This document shows, in pieces, positions 12,133 to 25,450 of a stretch of DNA of 64,000 bases. This DNA is from Camelus dromedarius (taxonomy: Eukaryota). The notes under the pieces were generated by a model. That model saw nothing but the letters and a program-made list of their open reading frames with translations. It was not told where the DNA came from and searched no databases. Every line of letters starts with the position of its first letter. Position 1 is the stretch's first letter. Location: contig NC_087436.1 of NCBI RefSeq assembly GCF_036321535.1, positions 26,600,001-26,664,000 of the forward strand, written 5' to 3'. Made by a program: the position numbers and the translations under genes.

Positions 12133-14282
12133 TGAATCTTAATATTTACAAATTAAAAAATATGTAGGAGGTGGTGGATCCCAGGGTGGACTGCAGAATG
12201 TGACAATAAAATCTAATGTTATGAAACAGCCTCACTGAGCCTCCAAAACTTTGGAAGCGGAGTCTGTATCACAGAAGGCAAAGGAACCACACAGGAGCAC
12301 TGTAATCTAGTTGAAAAAGTTGTTTCCTACAGGGTATGGGTTAACAATTCTGATGCTACTTCACATGTATAGTAGAATTGAACACTTCAATAAATGGAAG
12401 GTGGATGGGATGGACCAGGTTTTTCACTGTTGGAGAAGGAGTTTACAAATAAGCAAGGACTGGAAGCTAGAATGATCTACTTGCTAATGGCCCAGAGTTA
12501 GGGGACATTGGTAAGAACTCTTGTCTGGTTTAAAATAGTTACAGATGGTTAGAAATAGAAGCACTGATGCATCTGTGTACACACAGTGAGTATGAACACG
12601 TGCATTTCCTTACTCTCTCATCCGAGAGGAACTGGAAACAGCGGCACTAGGAGTGACAGGTACACCTAGCACCACTTGATTTTTAATACTATTCTTGAAT
12701 ACAGGAAACGCAGTTTCTCAGAGAAACGGTTGATTCTAAGACTGGAGGAGGAAGGATGCAAGATAGAGCAGCTTGTAGTACTCAAAAACAAAAAAAAGAA
12801 AGACACACAACAAACATAATGATGGGTGTATGACAAAGGGACAGAGGTGTCAACTGAAAGCGCTCCCAGGAGCCCAAGTTGGAAGAAAATGAGCAGCAAA
12901 GTGAATGAAGTAGTACTGGATCTTAACCCAAAGTGTAAAACATATCTGTGCATTCATGCTGACACAAGTAATTATGTGAATGAATAAATAAGGGAGAAGA
13001 GGCAAATCCCCCATGCAGAATAATTCTAAATCATTCATACAGAGACTCTGATGTGAAGGAGATGCGGCATCAGTTCTCTCTCTTTAAGGACAGGTTGCAT
13101 GTGTTAATTTTCTTCCAAAGAGTACTGTGTGGAAGAGGCAAACTGGAGTCACTTTGTCGTAGGGTAACCTTACAGTCACTCCCTGAGTGAAGCGGCCACG
13201 GCCAGCGTCAGCAGTGGGTTCACACTGACAGTGTGTACGGTGGGTGTGAGATAATCACACTCAGCATAAAACAGCTTCACCTCTGTGGTCTACCTCCAAA
13301 AAACCCGTATTTAATCAAGAGGAAAAGAAAAAGATCAGACAAATCCAATTAAAGTGTTTTCTACACAATAGCTGATCAGGCCCCCTCAAAACTGTCAAGG
13401 CCATCCATAACAAGGAAAATTTGAGAAACTATCATAGCCAGAAGGAGCCCAATGAGACTTGAGGACTAAATGCCATGTAGTGACCCAGAGAAAATCCTAG
13501 AACAGCAAAGGGACAGAGATAAAAATCTAAGGAAATCTCAGTACCAGTGGGACTTTAGCCAATGGTAATATATTGATATTGGTTCATTAAGTGTAAGAAA
13601 TGTGTCATACAATGTAAGAATAGGGGAAGTTGGGTTTGGGATATATGGGAACCCTGTAAAATCCTTGCAATTTTTCTGTTAATCTAAAACTTCTAAAATA
13701 AAAAGTTTATTTAATAAATCTAGTCTATCCTTTTTGCTCAATGCATATTAACAGTGAAATAGTCTGAGGAGGTAAGTATGTACTTTTCTTCATAATATAA
13801 TTAAAATTTAAAACAGTATGCAACCTTTTCTTTAATTTCTTTACTTTCTTTTTATACAGACCTAAAATGTGGCCAGTTGACTTAATTACTCTTAGAAATT
13901 GAGCTAGCTTTTCCTCAGTGCTAAATTCATTTTCTTTCAAGGAAAGAAGCTTTTAAGAGCAGCTCATTAATATTTTGTTTCACCAGGTTTGTAGCCTACA
14001 TGTTTCCCTTCCTTGCATGTGCCAGACCATTAGGTAGAAAAGAAGGCAACCTTGGGACATGCGTTGCTTGTCACCTGTGAGGTAACAATATCCTGTCCAT
14101 GTGAGGAAAGACGGTGATTAAAGGACAAACGGATGATTCTGGGACAAGGAGATTGGGTGATTACTTTAATAAGTTTTATTAGGCACCTAACAGGTCTCTT
14201 GTGGGTATTCTGCTTTTTAGAAGAGTAACCTAACTATAAATATGTGTTTCAGATATTTCCCGTAAGAGAAGTATGCGTATGA

Positions 14283-14390
14283 TCAATTCATGCAACACAC
14301 TAATTGGCTGTCTAATGTATGCCAGGCAATTCCAATGCTAGGGATGCATGGTGAGCAGAACAGATGAAAATCATCGACTCTGTGATTCAT
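14283..14390 (-). mobile_element. L2 3'-end fragment
   Basis: tcaattcatgcaacacactaattggctgtctaatgtatgccaggc...gctagggatgcatggtgagcagaacaga resembles the antisense L2 tail. Confidence 0.55.
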
Positions 14391-14884
14391 ACCACTGTGT
14401 GGTTTTCACTGGGGCCATTTTATATATGGCCTATGAAATCATGAACTTAAGGAAAACAAAAGCACCTAAAAAGGTTTCTTTGAATCCTACCAGGAAGGGA
14501 AATAAGTAGTCAAAACTTTTCCCTCTCAAATGTAATGTGTTAAAACATCTTTAAACCACGAAGAATTAAGAAACAGGAAAAAGTAGCAGTAGGTTGGTTC
14601 CACAAACTGTAGAAAATCAAAACTTTGTTTTAAAAAAGAGAAAAGAACACTTTTGCCTCCTCCCTCTTTGTTTTTCTCTCTCTTCAAATTTGGTAACATT
14701 TTTTCTAAAGTTCTTTCAACAAATATTTAATGAATACCAATATCAGGTAAGTTTGTGCACTGGATGCTGGGAATAAAAGACTAATGTAAAGATACTATTT
14801 CTACATCAGAAATTTTATGACCTAAATCAGAAATATTTTATTCCATTGTAGATTAAAAATGCAATAAATGTTACGAGCTTTAAA

Positions 14885-16000
14885 GTCCATCCTAAATATT
14901 TTGATGACCAAGGAAAAGAGGACAAATGAAGTCCCACATACCACATTCTCTAAAATTTGTAAGTTTCAGTTATTAAATTAACAAACCTAAGAGGTAAAGT
15001 TTCATGCCTTTACCTCAACAAGTACAACTGGAAAACAAGAAGCTTAAAAATCAGCTGCTATGAGTTGAATTGTTTCTGCCACCAAAATAGGTATGTTAAA
15101 ACCCTAACCCCTAGAAATCTGAGAACCTTGTTTGGAAATAAGAGTTTTTACAGATTTAGTCAAAATAAAATGAAGCTATCAGGGTGGTCCTTAATCCAAA
15201 TGATTGCTGTCTTTATAAGAAGAGGGAAATTTGGACACAGGTACACAAGGAGAACACCATGGAAGGACGTGGAGACACTCAGACATAGAAGATGGCCATG
15301 TGACAGTGGGAACTGTGTGAAAGTTGGGAGTTATGCTGTCTGCAAGCCACGGAACAACTGGGGCCACCAGAAGTTAGAAGACGCCAGTTAGGATCTATTC
15401 CCTTGAGGCTCTGGAGGGAGCATAACCCTGCCGACATCTTGATATCAGACTGCCAGCCTCCAGAACAGTGAGAATACATTTGTTCTTTTAAGCCATCTAC
15501 TTTGTGGTACTTGGTAACAGCAGCCCTAAGAACTGAATGAATATGTGTATCAGTGTCGTTTTTGTTAAATGACAACAATTTAGCAACATATCAAAGACAA
15601 CTGAATATAATTATTACTGTATAAGCTCAGCTGTTCTGTTTATGGGTAGGAAATATTTGGATGAAGAAGAATAAAAACTTTCATGATTCAAAATTTAATA
15701 TATAGATTTTCAAGTTATATATTATTACAAATTATGTTACTAGCATGCAATTTATTTTTCTTGCCTTTATTTTGACAAAAATCACTATATTTATAATCAA
15801 GATTTTACTTAATTTGTATTCTATTGGCAATAATTATTGCCATATGCTTTTAAAATGGTAAAGATATCTTTTAAATATTTAGATGTAAAGATTATAAATA
15901 TAAGTAAATTTTCAGGTTGCAAAAGTTGAATATACTTTCATGAAGTATGTAAATTAAAATAAGTATAAATATTAAAAATATAATTACTCATGTTTGCCAG
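14885..16000. mobile_element. Degenerate hAT-Tip100 DNA transposon (Zaphod/MER115-like) interrupted by an MLT1 LTR
   Basis: gaggacaaatgaagtcccacataccacattctctaaaattt resembles the Zaphod/MER115 5' region. AT-rich sequence continues after the LTR; the right boundary is uncertain. Confidence 0.45.
15056..15540 (+). mobile_element. MLT1 (ERVL-MaLR) solo LTR
   Basis: tgctatgagttgaattgt...tatgttaaaaccctaacccc...tttggaaataag...ctttataagaagagggaaatttggacacag...gcctccagaacagtgagaata...ttaagcca...tttgtggtacttggtaacagcagcccta. Confidence 0.9.
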
Positions 16001-17932
16001 AAACATTGTTCTCTTAAATATTCAAAATTTTATATTAAAATTTAAACAAAAATGGGTATAATTAATGACTTTCAAAATTTAAATCAAAATTACTTAGATC
16101 AACCTGAAATTTATAGTTAATTTCTGGAAAAATAATGTTTTTATGAAATTAACTTATTTTTAATTCTAACATTCAAGTTGAATCTAGCGCACTCCTGTAA
16201 AGAATCAGTTTCGAGACAGTAGTATTGTTCTGCGTGAATGTGAACATAGGTTCAGCATATTTGAAGAGAAATACATGTTTACTTTTGAGGTGGTATTTGA
16301 ATTGCTTGTGAACCGTAAAGCTGGAACCAGCAGAAGCTCAGTGTATGACTGTACATCAGAGAAATGGTTGGATTATGTGTCAGGTGACCTGGTGAGTGGA
16401 TTCACAGAGGGCATCAAGAACTCTGCACTAGTGTCCCTTTTTCCCTGTACCTCTTATACAATCTTCTGAAATAATGATGATCTAGTTTTAAATATTATAA
16501 TTTTCAGTATTTTCATGATCCAGAATATGCTGGAAATAATTAACAATTCGTCCACTTTGACCCTCTACACATTTCAGTGGTACTTCTTAGCGTTTTAAAA
16601 TTTCATGGTCTTCATCTTGGGAAGAACCAATAAATTTCCAAAGGGCATACCTTAAATAATAAAAAATAATCATTGTGGCATGAAGAAAAAAACAGAAATG
16701 TACTCTACAGGAAACTTCAAATGTTTATTTCCTCTAAACAGGGATTTCTAAATACCTATGATAATGCAAATAAGAGGATTGCTTTTTAAAGCAAGTTTTT
16801 AATTATAAGATGATTTGAAAACAAGCTAAAATTTATATATTTGGGCATTTTACAGCATATACAATTTTACAATGCAGCATTGTTCTAACTATCACATATA
16901 AAGGGAGACAAAAATGAACTGATGTACAGTGTACTGATTGGAGAAAAGGGGATTGACTAAAAGAATAATATAAAAATGCTGTCCATTCAACTTTCAGACT
17001 ATCTGTTTCAGAGCAGCATATAGTGAGCAGTGATGCTAAATCTTTAATTTGCAGGTCTCCATTGGCCCCATTTATACATTTCACGGTGTATGCCATGCTC
17101 CTGCAATGCAGAAGGCATTCCCATTGTTACCTCTAGTGCGTTTGTGGTCAGTTTCTTGAAACTGTTTTTTTCTATTTCAGTTTTTATTTTGCTTTCAGAT
17201 TCATTCTTTAAGTCTCATATAAGAAAACAACAGCAGTAACTGCTCTATAGCCTGAAATGTGTTTACCTAAATCTAGATACAGCCAGGTAGCTGGCTAGTT
17301 AAAAATGATATTTCTTTGTAGATAAGCACATTTTGGAGCGGTCATGAATTTTTTTTTCTGAAATATTTTGGCACGTTATTGATTTCATTTAATAAAACAA
17401 TTGACACTATCCATTTTAACTGACACTATTAGAGATTTCCCTGTGTAGATAATGGCAGTGCATTCTTATCTTAGGAGAGTGTGTTTAGACAATAGTCGGG
17501 GAGAATGGATAAACCAGCCTGCCAACATGTATGTTTAAAATTGTGAACAGGCCCCTGGAGAAATAATATTGTTTATAATGAAAGGAGTACAAATGTTTCC
17601 ATTATATTTACTGCAGCTACATATAGCACCTGCCACATAGTTCTTTAATTCCTATTCTTAAAGTTACAATGATTCCAAGAATTCATTTTGTTGAACAGTT
17701 TGTTTATGGAAGTGGTGGTGTCTGCCAAATGAAACCATTTCTAAGAAGAGTGCTCATTTATCTTCCTTGGATTTCAACCAAACACATTTCAGAGATAATG
17801 ACATAATGTATCTACAAAAGTTTAACTTGACTGGCATAAGGCTTAAGTAGAAATATTCCATCTCTATCTATATTCATACCAAATCCATATCTACAAGGCA
17901 TGCTGCCATTTCAAGACTCTCATGCCTTAGGA

Positions 17933-18114
17933 TAGTGGATCTCAACTTTATCTACATATTGGAATCACTTAGGGAGCTTAAAAAGGTACTAATATCTGGG
18001 TTCCAAAAATCAGAAATTCAAATTGAATTGGTCATAGGCCTTGGCTCATGGGTATTGAAATTTTTAAAAGCTCTCTTGGTGATTCTAATGCCCAGTGAAA
18101 TAGTAGAATGACTG
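17933..18114. mobile_element. MER5-type hAT-Charlie non-autonomous DNA transposon
   Basis: Degenerate terminal inverted repeats tagtggatctcaa.../...agaatgactg, internal ttggaatcacttagggagctt and aagctctcttggtgattctaatg, and an 8-bp TSD ccttagga (17925-17932) / tcttagga (18115-18122). Confidence 0.85.
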
Positions 18115-18492
18115 TCTTAGGATTTTAAGAAGGCGAGGGTGAGAAAGAAATAGCTTAGATTTTATAAAATTTCAGAGTATTTAATTTTTTTCAAATTACC
18201 ATGTTTAACTACAAAGTGCTACCTTCTTTGAACATGCCTTAAAACAGATTTGATGATACAAGTATATTATAATTTAGTTACTACAAATCCAAAATTAAGT
18301 ATGATTTAAAATTTATATTTTATTGAATTTAAACATTTAAAAATTGTTAGAAACTCAGTATGATTTAAATTCATATTATTTTGGTTCCTAATCCATAAAG
18401 CTGTTACTTTAAAATATTTTCTACTTCTTCATAATACATTCTTTGTAGTACTGATATTAAATAGGCATATTTATTAATGTAGATCAGAATTT

Positions 18493-18692
18493 AATGATGT
18501 ACTGCTAAATATTTAACCAGATCTTTGAGGACAAAATGGCCCTGATTTGTATAGTATTTTATGATTTTCATGAAGTACTTACTTTAAGCTGGAGCCACTT
18601 TCAAGCTACACATGGGACGTCAGTCAATTCCCCAAATTTCTGAAAACTTGATAGATGTTGCAGTGCTGGAGTTGGCCCCAGCGTTCCATCAC
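18493..18692. mobile_element. MER63-like hAT-Blackjack DNA transposon
   Basis: tactgctaaatatttaacc...gccctgatttgtatag...tttcaagctaca...gacgtca...ggccccagc matches the recalled MER63 layout. Confidence 0.6.
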
Positions 18693-21600
18693 AACACATT
18701 ACTCGTGTATGTCTAATCTTTTGTAGAACACTGTATCATCTTACATAAATGTGTCAATTAATCCTCGAGTCCAAACAGTGATAGATCAGCAATGCAATTG
18801 TTTCCAATTCAAAGGAAAGAAATAAGAGGCTTAAAGGAGATTTAAGCTTCTCAAGTCAAACAGCAATCATCCACATAAAATTCTGAACCACTACTATGGA
18901 ATCGGGTATTATTCTTTCAGTTGTAGGTTCATGACAATATCTCTACCCTCAAAGAGCCCATGTTCTACTTTGAGAAGCCAGAAAAATTAATAAATCAAAA
19001 TATAGGATAAGCTTACTGGTTGATCTAAGCCAGGAGGAAAATAAGATCAATAATAACGGTAGAGAGTGACTGGTAATGATTTCAAGTTGGACGGCAAATG
19101 AGTTTTCTAAGGAAGTGTCACCAGAGTGAAATGGTATACAAGGCACACAAGGCAGTGCAGCTCTGGGAGGACTGTTCCAAGGAAAAGGAACAACTGAAAA
19201 TGTGCCAAACATAGTATAACCAAAGGATTTCTGAGGGACAACCAAGATGTCTAGTAACTGCAGTGCGGATGAGAAGTTGGGGGTGTCGGCAGAAGACAGG
19301 CTGTATAATGGTGTTGTAGTGTGGGTTTATTTTACCTGTAATGCTACCTTGTTTTTAGGTCTGCAGCGAGGAGCTATGAAGCATGACTCAAATGCTAACC
19401 CAGCTGTTCCGACCAAGGGAATGAGGGGTGTTGGGAGAGCAGCTCTTGCCCTAATTCGGGCACTGACAATAATGGCTTGAACCAGAACAGGGTGTCCCAA
19501 GTTCTGTGCAATCCTCTCAGCCCTCGGCAATTTGAAGGATCTACATGTCTGCTGTCCCCATGGCCTAACCCTTCCGCTGTGAGCAGCCCTGTCCCTTTAT
19601 CTCAGTGTTAATAACAGTACTGTCCATCTCCCTAGGCCATGGCATAAAAGTGGGGGAAGCCCTGGAGAATGGTTAGCTGTGAATGTTGTAAGATAAGATT
19701 ATGGATACAATTTGAAAGTAGAAATGTCCTCATTTGCTGATCATTTCACTGTGGGACTTAAAGGGAAATCAAGGACTCTGAATCAATCAGATAAGAAACT
19801 GATGAAACAAAGTGTAGACAAAAAGGATTCTAATCAATGGACTGCTCATAAAGCAATGGAAAAATTAAAGTGATACCAAAAGGAACAGTGAATTACTCTG
19901 GAACTCCGTAACAGGAAGCTGTTACCAACCTTAGCCCTAAAAGTGCAATGGAGTAGTAATTTTCACTTTAAAATACTATTGAGGGAAGTTAAGAGAAAGT
20001 TCCAAATGGAAATATGCAAAACCAAAAATGCTTTGGATCTGACAGATACGGGAGGGGAAAGTAATATTACTCTCAACAGTTTTTTTGTTTCCCTCTTTCC
20101 TCATCCACTTCCTGGTGGGGATGAGATACACTGGCACAATAATACATCCACGTTGTTGTAGGGAAAGTAATCCCTTTTAGCAGCAGAGACTTCCTTGTAC
20201 ATGCTCCGCCCTGAAGTGTCTTAAAGGCTCAGGTATTCTCCTAGAAAGTGCCTTAAATATCTGTCCTTCCATTCCCTGCAGTTTCAACACCCTGAAAATC
20301 CTCAATTTCTTCTTAATGGACTTTTGGGACTTTGCTAATAATCCAAGCCAAGGCCTTGGAAAAATCATGGTCTTTTAATCTACATCTGGCCTTGATTTTC
20401 TGTTCATCAATCTGACCATTAATGTAACTGCTTCCTTCCTTGTACCTCTCTCTTAAAAAAAGAGGTTTAGGTAAAGAGGCTGAGCTAACCTGAAATTACA
20501 GCTGGTTGGAGATCAGTGGACCCCTCGCTGTAATGAAGATTATCATGACGTTTCCCAGTCCTGGGAGTATAGTAGGAAGACTGAGAATCTTTTTCTGATT
20601 CTCCTGTTATTGTAGGTTTCTATGTGTTTCCCATTTTTCAATTGGTAACTGAACATTCATTGAACTAACTTAGCAGTGAGTATATCAGGAGAGCATCTCA
20701 AAATCTCAAACATAAAGCATTTGAGATTTCCTTGTGTGTTTTTTTGGTTTGTTGTTGCTCAAGAAGATAGATCAATATAGTCATATCAATATAATACCAT
20801 ACACACGTGCACAATGCTCTTGTATGTCGCTAAATAAAAGGAATGTACGTTATGTCAGGAATTAAGAAAAATTCAAATGTTGGAACTGCAGATTTACAAA
20901 TGATGAGTGGGAAAGAGAGAGAGAAGGCAAGATAGGTGAGGTAGAGAGAGAGGAAGAAAGGTAGAAAGAGCGAGGAAAAGAGTGAGTGAGAGGAAGTCTT
21001 TGAATTAAAGTTATTACATTCAGAATAGAAATGGCAATAATAATCCAAATTTGAATGGACAAACCATATGTGAAGCCCCTGGGTTCATGATATACGGTCA
21101 AAATACCTAAAACCTCACTTTTTCTTGGGTATTGAGTGTTGCTGACTGTGAAGTAGTCTCATTGTTAAGTATGTTATATAGATGGGCCTCAGTTTAGGAT
21201 ATTAACATTGTCACACCTGACATTGACATGCGTGTATAACAGCCTTAGGCTTTTGCTGTAAACATACATTCAAAATGAATAGTTCACAGGCTAATTACAA
21301 AATGAATTAATAGTATACAGTTTTTCTTTAAAAATGGTAATCTTGAAACTGCTGGCTTAATCAATTTAATTCATTCTTCTTAAGCCCTTTTGTGTTAACT
21401 CTGATTATAGTCATCTGTTCTATCTGCTTTTCTTAGACCATCTGACAAAAATATGACCACAACAGACATAAAAGTTGGACAGTTAATTTGCTTAGAAATT
21501 AAAATATTGCTTTTCATGTTGGTTATTAATTATTTGTAAGATAAACCCATTGCAGAAAGCCTCAGGGTACATGCCAATTAAATATTTTTAAGTCATAAAA

Positions 21601-22333
21601 TAAAAATAGCTGCAGCATGAGAATTTTAATCATCAGCGGATGTCTCTTAGCCTGAAAAGTTAAGTTTTCAAGGCCACAAAACTAATGTCTCTGGACAGTA
21701 AGTAGACAGGTAGTCGACAGCACTTGTTGATTTCTCCTTCTGGGTAGAAGCTGAAGCCACAAACCTGGTGGCTTTTCATTCCTGAAAATAAGATTTTTGG
21801 TTCCTAAACCTTACGTAGAAGGGATGTTTTAAAGTCACACAGGAGCAGCGTCACACATCACTGAGAAACGTGCCACGGGCCACGTGCTTGTACAGACAGG
21901 CCAAGTTTTCCTTCCCACTGAATCTTAAAAAAAAATGCTTTGCTTGCTTGGATGGTCTCTGATACCATTAATATAGCCTCACACTTCTGCTTAGTAACTT
22001 ATTTAGTAATTATTTGCCAAAGACTAGTTGATCGTGGTTGCTAAAATTTTATACCTTTAAACTACAGATGTGGGTCCAACATCCTATATTTTCTTGGGAT
22101 TACCTAATTTTTTTTTGAAGACACAAAACTTAATTTAATAGAAATTTTGTTTGTAGTTCTTACATTCTCAGTATGAGCCGAGTTAGAACCCACTGCCCCA
22201 CTCAGAAGTGGCCCAGACCTGGGGGCAGGGGAGAAAGCTGGGGTGGGGAGTCAGTACATGGTGTTGGAGTGTTTTAGTTTCCTCAGAAATCAACAAAAGA
22301 TCCTGAATCTAACTAATTTAAGCAAAAATCATT

Positions 22334-22335
<2 letters not shown>

Positions 22336-22385
<50 letters not shown>

Positions 22386-22398
22386 AAAGAGAGAGAGA
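22336..22398. repeat. Long perfect (AC)n microsatellite followed by a GA-rich run
   Basis: Uninterrupted ac repeat 22336-22382, then gagaaagagagagaga. Confidence 0.97.
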
Positions 22399-23029
22399 AA
22401 CTGCTTACTATATCTAAGGAAACATCTAAAAACTAGGCTTTGGGTAAAACCGAGTGAGTGCATCAGTCTCAGCAGCAGAACTCAGTGCCTCTTACTCAGG
22501 ACTTTGACAGAATTGGTTGTTCACAACATTCTTTCTTAGTATCAGTCCATGTAAGATTTCAACGCCCGAGGCTGCAGTTTGATTAGCATGGTTACTGCAC
22601 GCAGCAAACATGTATTGGGGCATTGGAGCAGCTCTGCTGATGCCACCCCCACCAGAGCCTTGTGCAGGGGCAAGCTGGTCATGCAAAATTCACAAGCACA
22701 AAGTGCAGCTGCTAAAAAATAATAGAAGAAAAAATTCAGATATTCCCCCAGTATATCATTTTCCCCTCAATATTGTCTTTCCACCAAGAGCTAGAGTAAG
22801 CCATAACATTCCTCTCAAGAGAAAAATATGTGCCATTTACTACGAGTGGGCTGCCCATTAGAGCATTTTGAACGTGTGGTTTATAGGAGCAGAAAATACA
22901 AAAGTACTGAACCAGTTTCATCCTTGCTTCTAGGTAAGTATGGATCATCCGTAATGTTAAGTCATATTTCTATTATTTTAAATTGATATTTGTGTATTTG
23001 TTAATTAACCTTAGTTTAAGCCCGTGAAG

Positions 23030-23420
23030 CAGAGACTTTCTTTTCTCCGTCGGCCTAGAGCTAGACTCCATTTCGCAGCCCCCCTTGCAGTTGGCTGGGC
23101 CATGCGATTGCATTTCAGTCAGTGGAACTGGAGTAGAAGTGGTGGGAACCACCTCCAGACTGGCCTGTTTAACCCCCCCTCCACCCCATATCTGTCCATC
23201 TGTGCTCCTCTCTCTCCTGACTGACAGGAATGAAGACAGCCCACAGAGCAGTTCTGGAAGCCACATATTGAAGATGGCAGACTTGCCCACCACCACGATC
23301 CTTTAATGACTTCATTGGGCAGCAGACAATCCTCCCACCACTGCCTCCTTTGGTTAATGTGGGAACTAGAAACTCCAAATATTTTGTGCTTTTGTCTTTA
23401 AAAATATTTATTTCGGCAGC
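23030..23420 (+). mobile_element. Old MLT1 (H/I/J-like) MaLR LTR
   Basis: catttcgcagccccccttgcagttggctgggccatgcga...agtggaactggagtagaagtg...ccacctccagactggcct...ttgaagatggcaga. Confidence 0.7.
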
Positions 23421-24699
23421 CATAGAACTTAACAATCTTCATAGAATTCATTTCACACTATGAATCTAATGTTTCTCTAAACACTTATTTTATGGTCATT
23501 ATACTTGGGAGAATATGACCCCTGTGAGTCATGGACTAACCCTAATGAAACCAGCTGACTGCTGCCCGGTAGTTCCAGCCAGTGCTTCCTGCCAGAGGCT
23601 TCCTGAACGATCCCCATAATTGGGAGAGTGATGTATTATGTTTGTTATGAGCACCTTTCATTTGACAAAGTTCCAGAACCTACTCTGTAGTCAGCAGCAC
23701 CTCTTCACTAATGTTAGATTTAATTATGTTTCGTAAGTAGGATTCATTCGTAAAATAGAAGAAGAGAGTAAAGGGAGGGACAGTCACACTGTATCCAAAC
23801 AAGTAATTGATTCTCTTCCCCTTTTGCCCCTTCCCACCCTGCATCACCTCCTCCACAGAAGAAAATACCCTCTTAGGATTGCTACGTAGCTTATTGCAGT
23901 GCAATATTATAAAGGCTAGATATACCACTTCTTACATCCCTTCTTCCTTCCTGTCCCAACCCCCCCCCCGCCCCCAAGTGGTGTTAATAACAAAATGAGC
24001 AGGCCACACGTAAAACCTAGCAGAATGATATAGGACGGTGCATATGAATTTTGGGGGGAAAAAAGACTAAAATAATTATTTTAATATCCAGATAGATACA
24101 GTGTTCCTAAATAATCATATTTCATTACTTTATTTGAAGAATTAATTTTACTGAGAGAGATGTTTGGGGGAAAAAATCTCCTGTTTTCTATCTCATCTTC
24201 TTCGGGATAAGACAATAGTTTTGTTTTTGTTTTTGTTTTTACATCAAAACTAGAGAAGGCATTTGAGGCAAAAGGCTTTATCTGGGTGCCCTGAAGCACA
24301 GGACTTGGTTCTCGGTTGAGGACTAGAACGGGATGACCCAGTAACCAGTGCGGGCTCAGTATAGAGGTGCTCAAGGAAGAGCTGTCCTTGCGGCTCACGT
24401 AAACTGTTGCTCAGGCCAACTTTGTCTTTCTGAATCTGGAAAGGAGCTACCAAAGAGAGCTGAATGGTTTTCAGGTTCTGAGGCTGGGAAAGGTCTGACA
24501 AATCCATCTGGTGGACCTGGGAGCAAAGAGGATTTTTCTCTGATGTCAAGTGACAGTGGGCAGTTAAGAGATTGTCTCCTGCCTGGTCAGAGGCATAGAA
24601 AAAGCTGTGCCTTCTGGTGATTATCTCTTTGTTCAATGCAGTCTAATAACTTAACCTGATCACTAAGAGGGCGAAAGGGGAAAAAAAATTACACTTAAG

Positions 24700-25450
24700 A
24701 GCACAAACAGGAAAAAATAACACACAGGACCCAGAGATCAAGTTGCTCCTGCTGAAACAGTCGTTGGAGTCGGCAGGCAACAACCTTAACAACATGGTAA
24801 TATAAGCCCTCAAGGAGCACTAATTAAGTTATTAAAATCATGATATTAACATTGTGAAAACTGATTTAAGCATCTGGAAGACTGGGTCATCAGTATTCAG
24901 CACCAAGTGCGTGGCTTGGCAGATCATGTGAAATTAATAACTCAGAGCCCACAGAACAAATAGAGAAGACATGTAATGGAAACAATAAGAAGACTTTAGG
25001 ATGGTTGCCAGAGCAATAACAGAAAAATAATATGTCTTTTAGAAAAAGAAAAGGAATAGATGATATAGAAGAAATGATTATATAAATCAAAGGGGACAAT
25101 TTATCTGATCCAAAGGAAGACTTAAAAAATCTCATCATGTCCCAGGACTGATTAAAAAAATGCCCTACCATCCTACGGAATATCTTGAATTCCAAGCATA
25201 AAGACAATAATCCAGACCTTCCAGTAGATTACAAGTTACTTAGAGAAGGAAAAGTATCAGATTAGCAACAGCTTTTCATCAGTAGTATCTAGTAGAAGTC
25301 AGTGAGACAAAGAGGAAAAATAATCCAAAAATAGTATATGTGCACAAATACAATTTATCCTTTAAGGCAAAAGAAAAATATTTTAGGATGGGAAATTATT
25401 TTATAGAATATATTAATGGCATATTCATCAGAGGAAAATAGTTGGAGAAA
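24700..25450 (+). mobile_element. Highly decayed L1/HAL1 ORF1-like remnant
   Basis: A-rich, with atcagattagcaacagcttttcatcag..agaagtcagtgag resembling the L1 ORF1 IRLxxDFS...RRQW region. Confidence 0.4.

Larger units (their letters stand above)
9725..13720 (+). mobile_element. Old LINE-1 (L1MC-like) 3' portion split by two younger L1 insertions
   Basis: Pieces at 9725-9812, 11284-11580 and 12133-13720 read as one continuous L1MC-type 3'UTR (agtgaaagaagccagtctgaaaa, ttctggaaaaggcaaacta, ending ttctgttaatctaaaacttctaaaataaaaagttt). Confidence 0.75.

Noticed and set aside
17084..17116. RCMPCSCNAEG resembling a laminin-EGF junction motif
   Set aside because: The further cysteines of a laminin-EGF module are absent and no related exons are seen.
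22492..22686. Minus-strand 64-aa ORF with GSGGGG ending near a gtaag donor-like site
   Set aside because: No recognisable homology, and it sits among LTR-like and microsatellite sequence, so it is probably chance.
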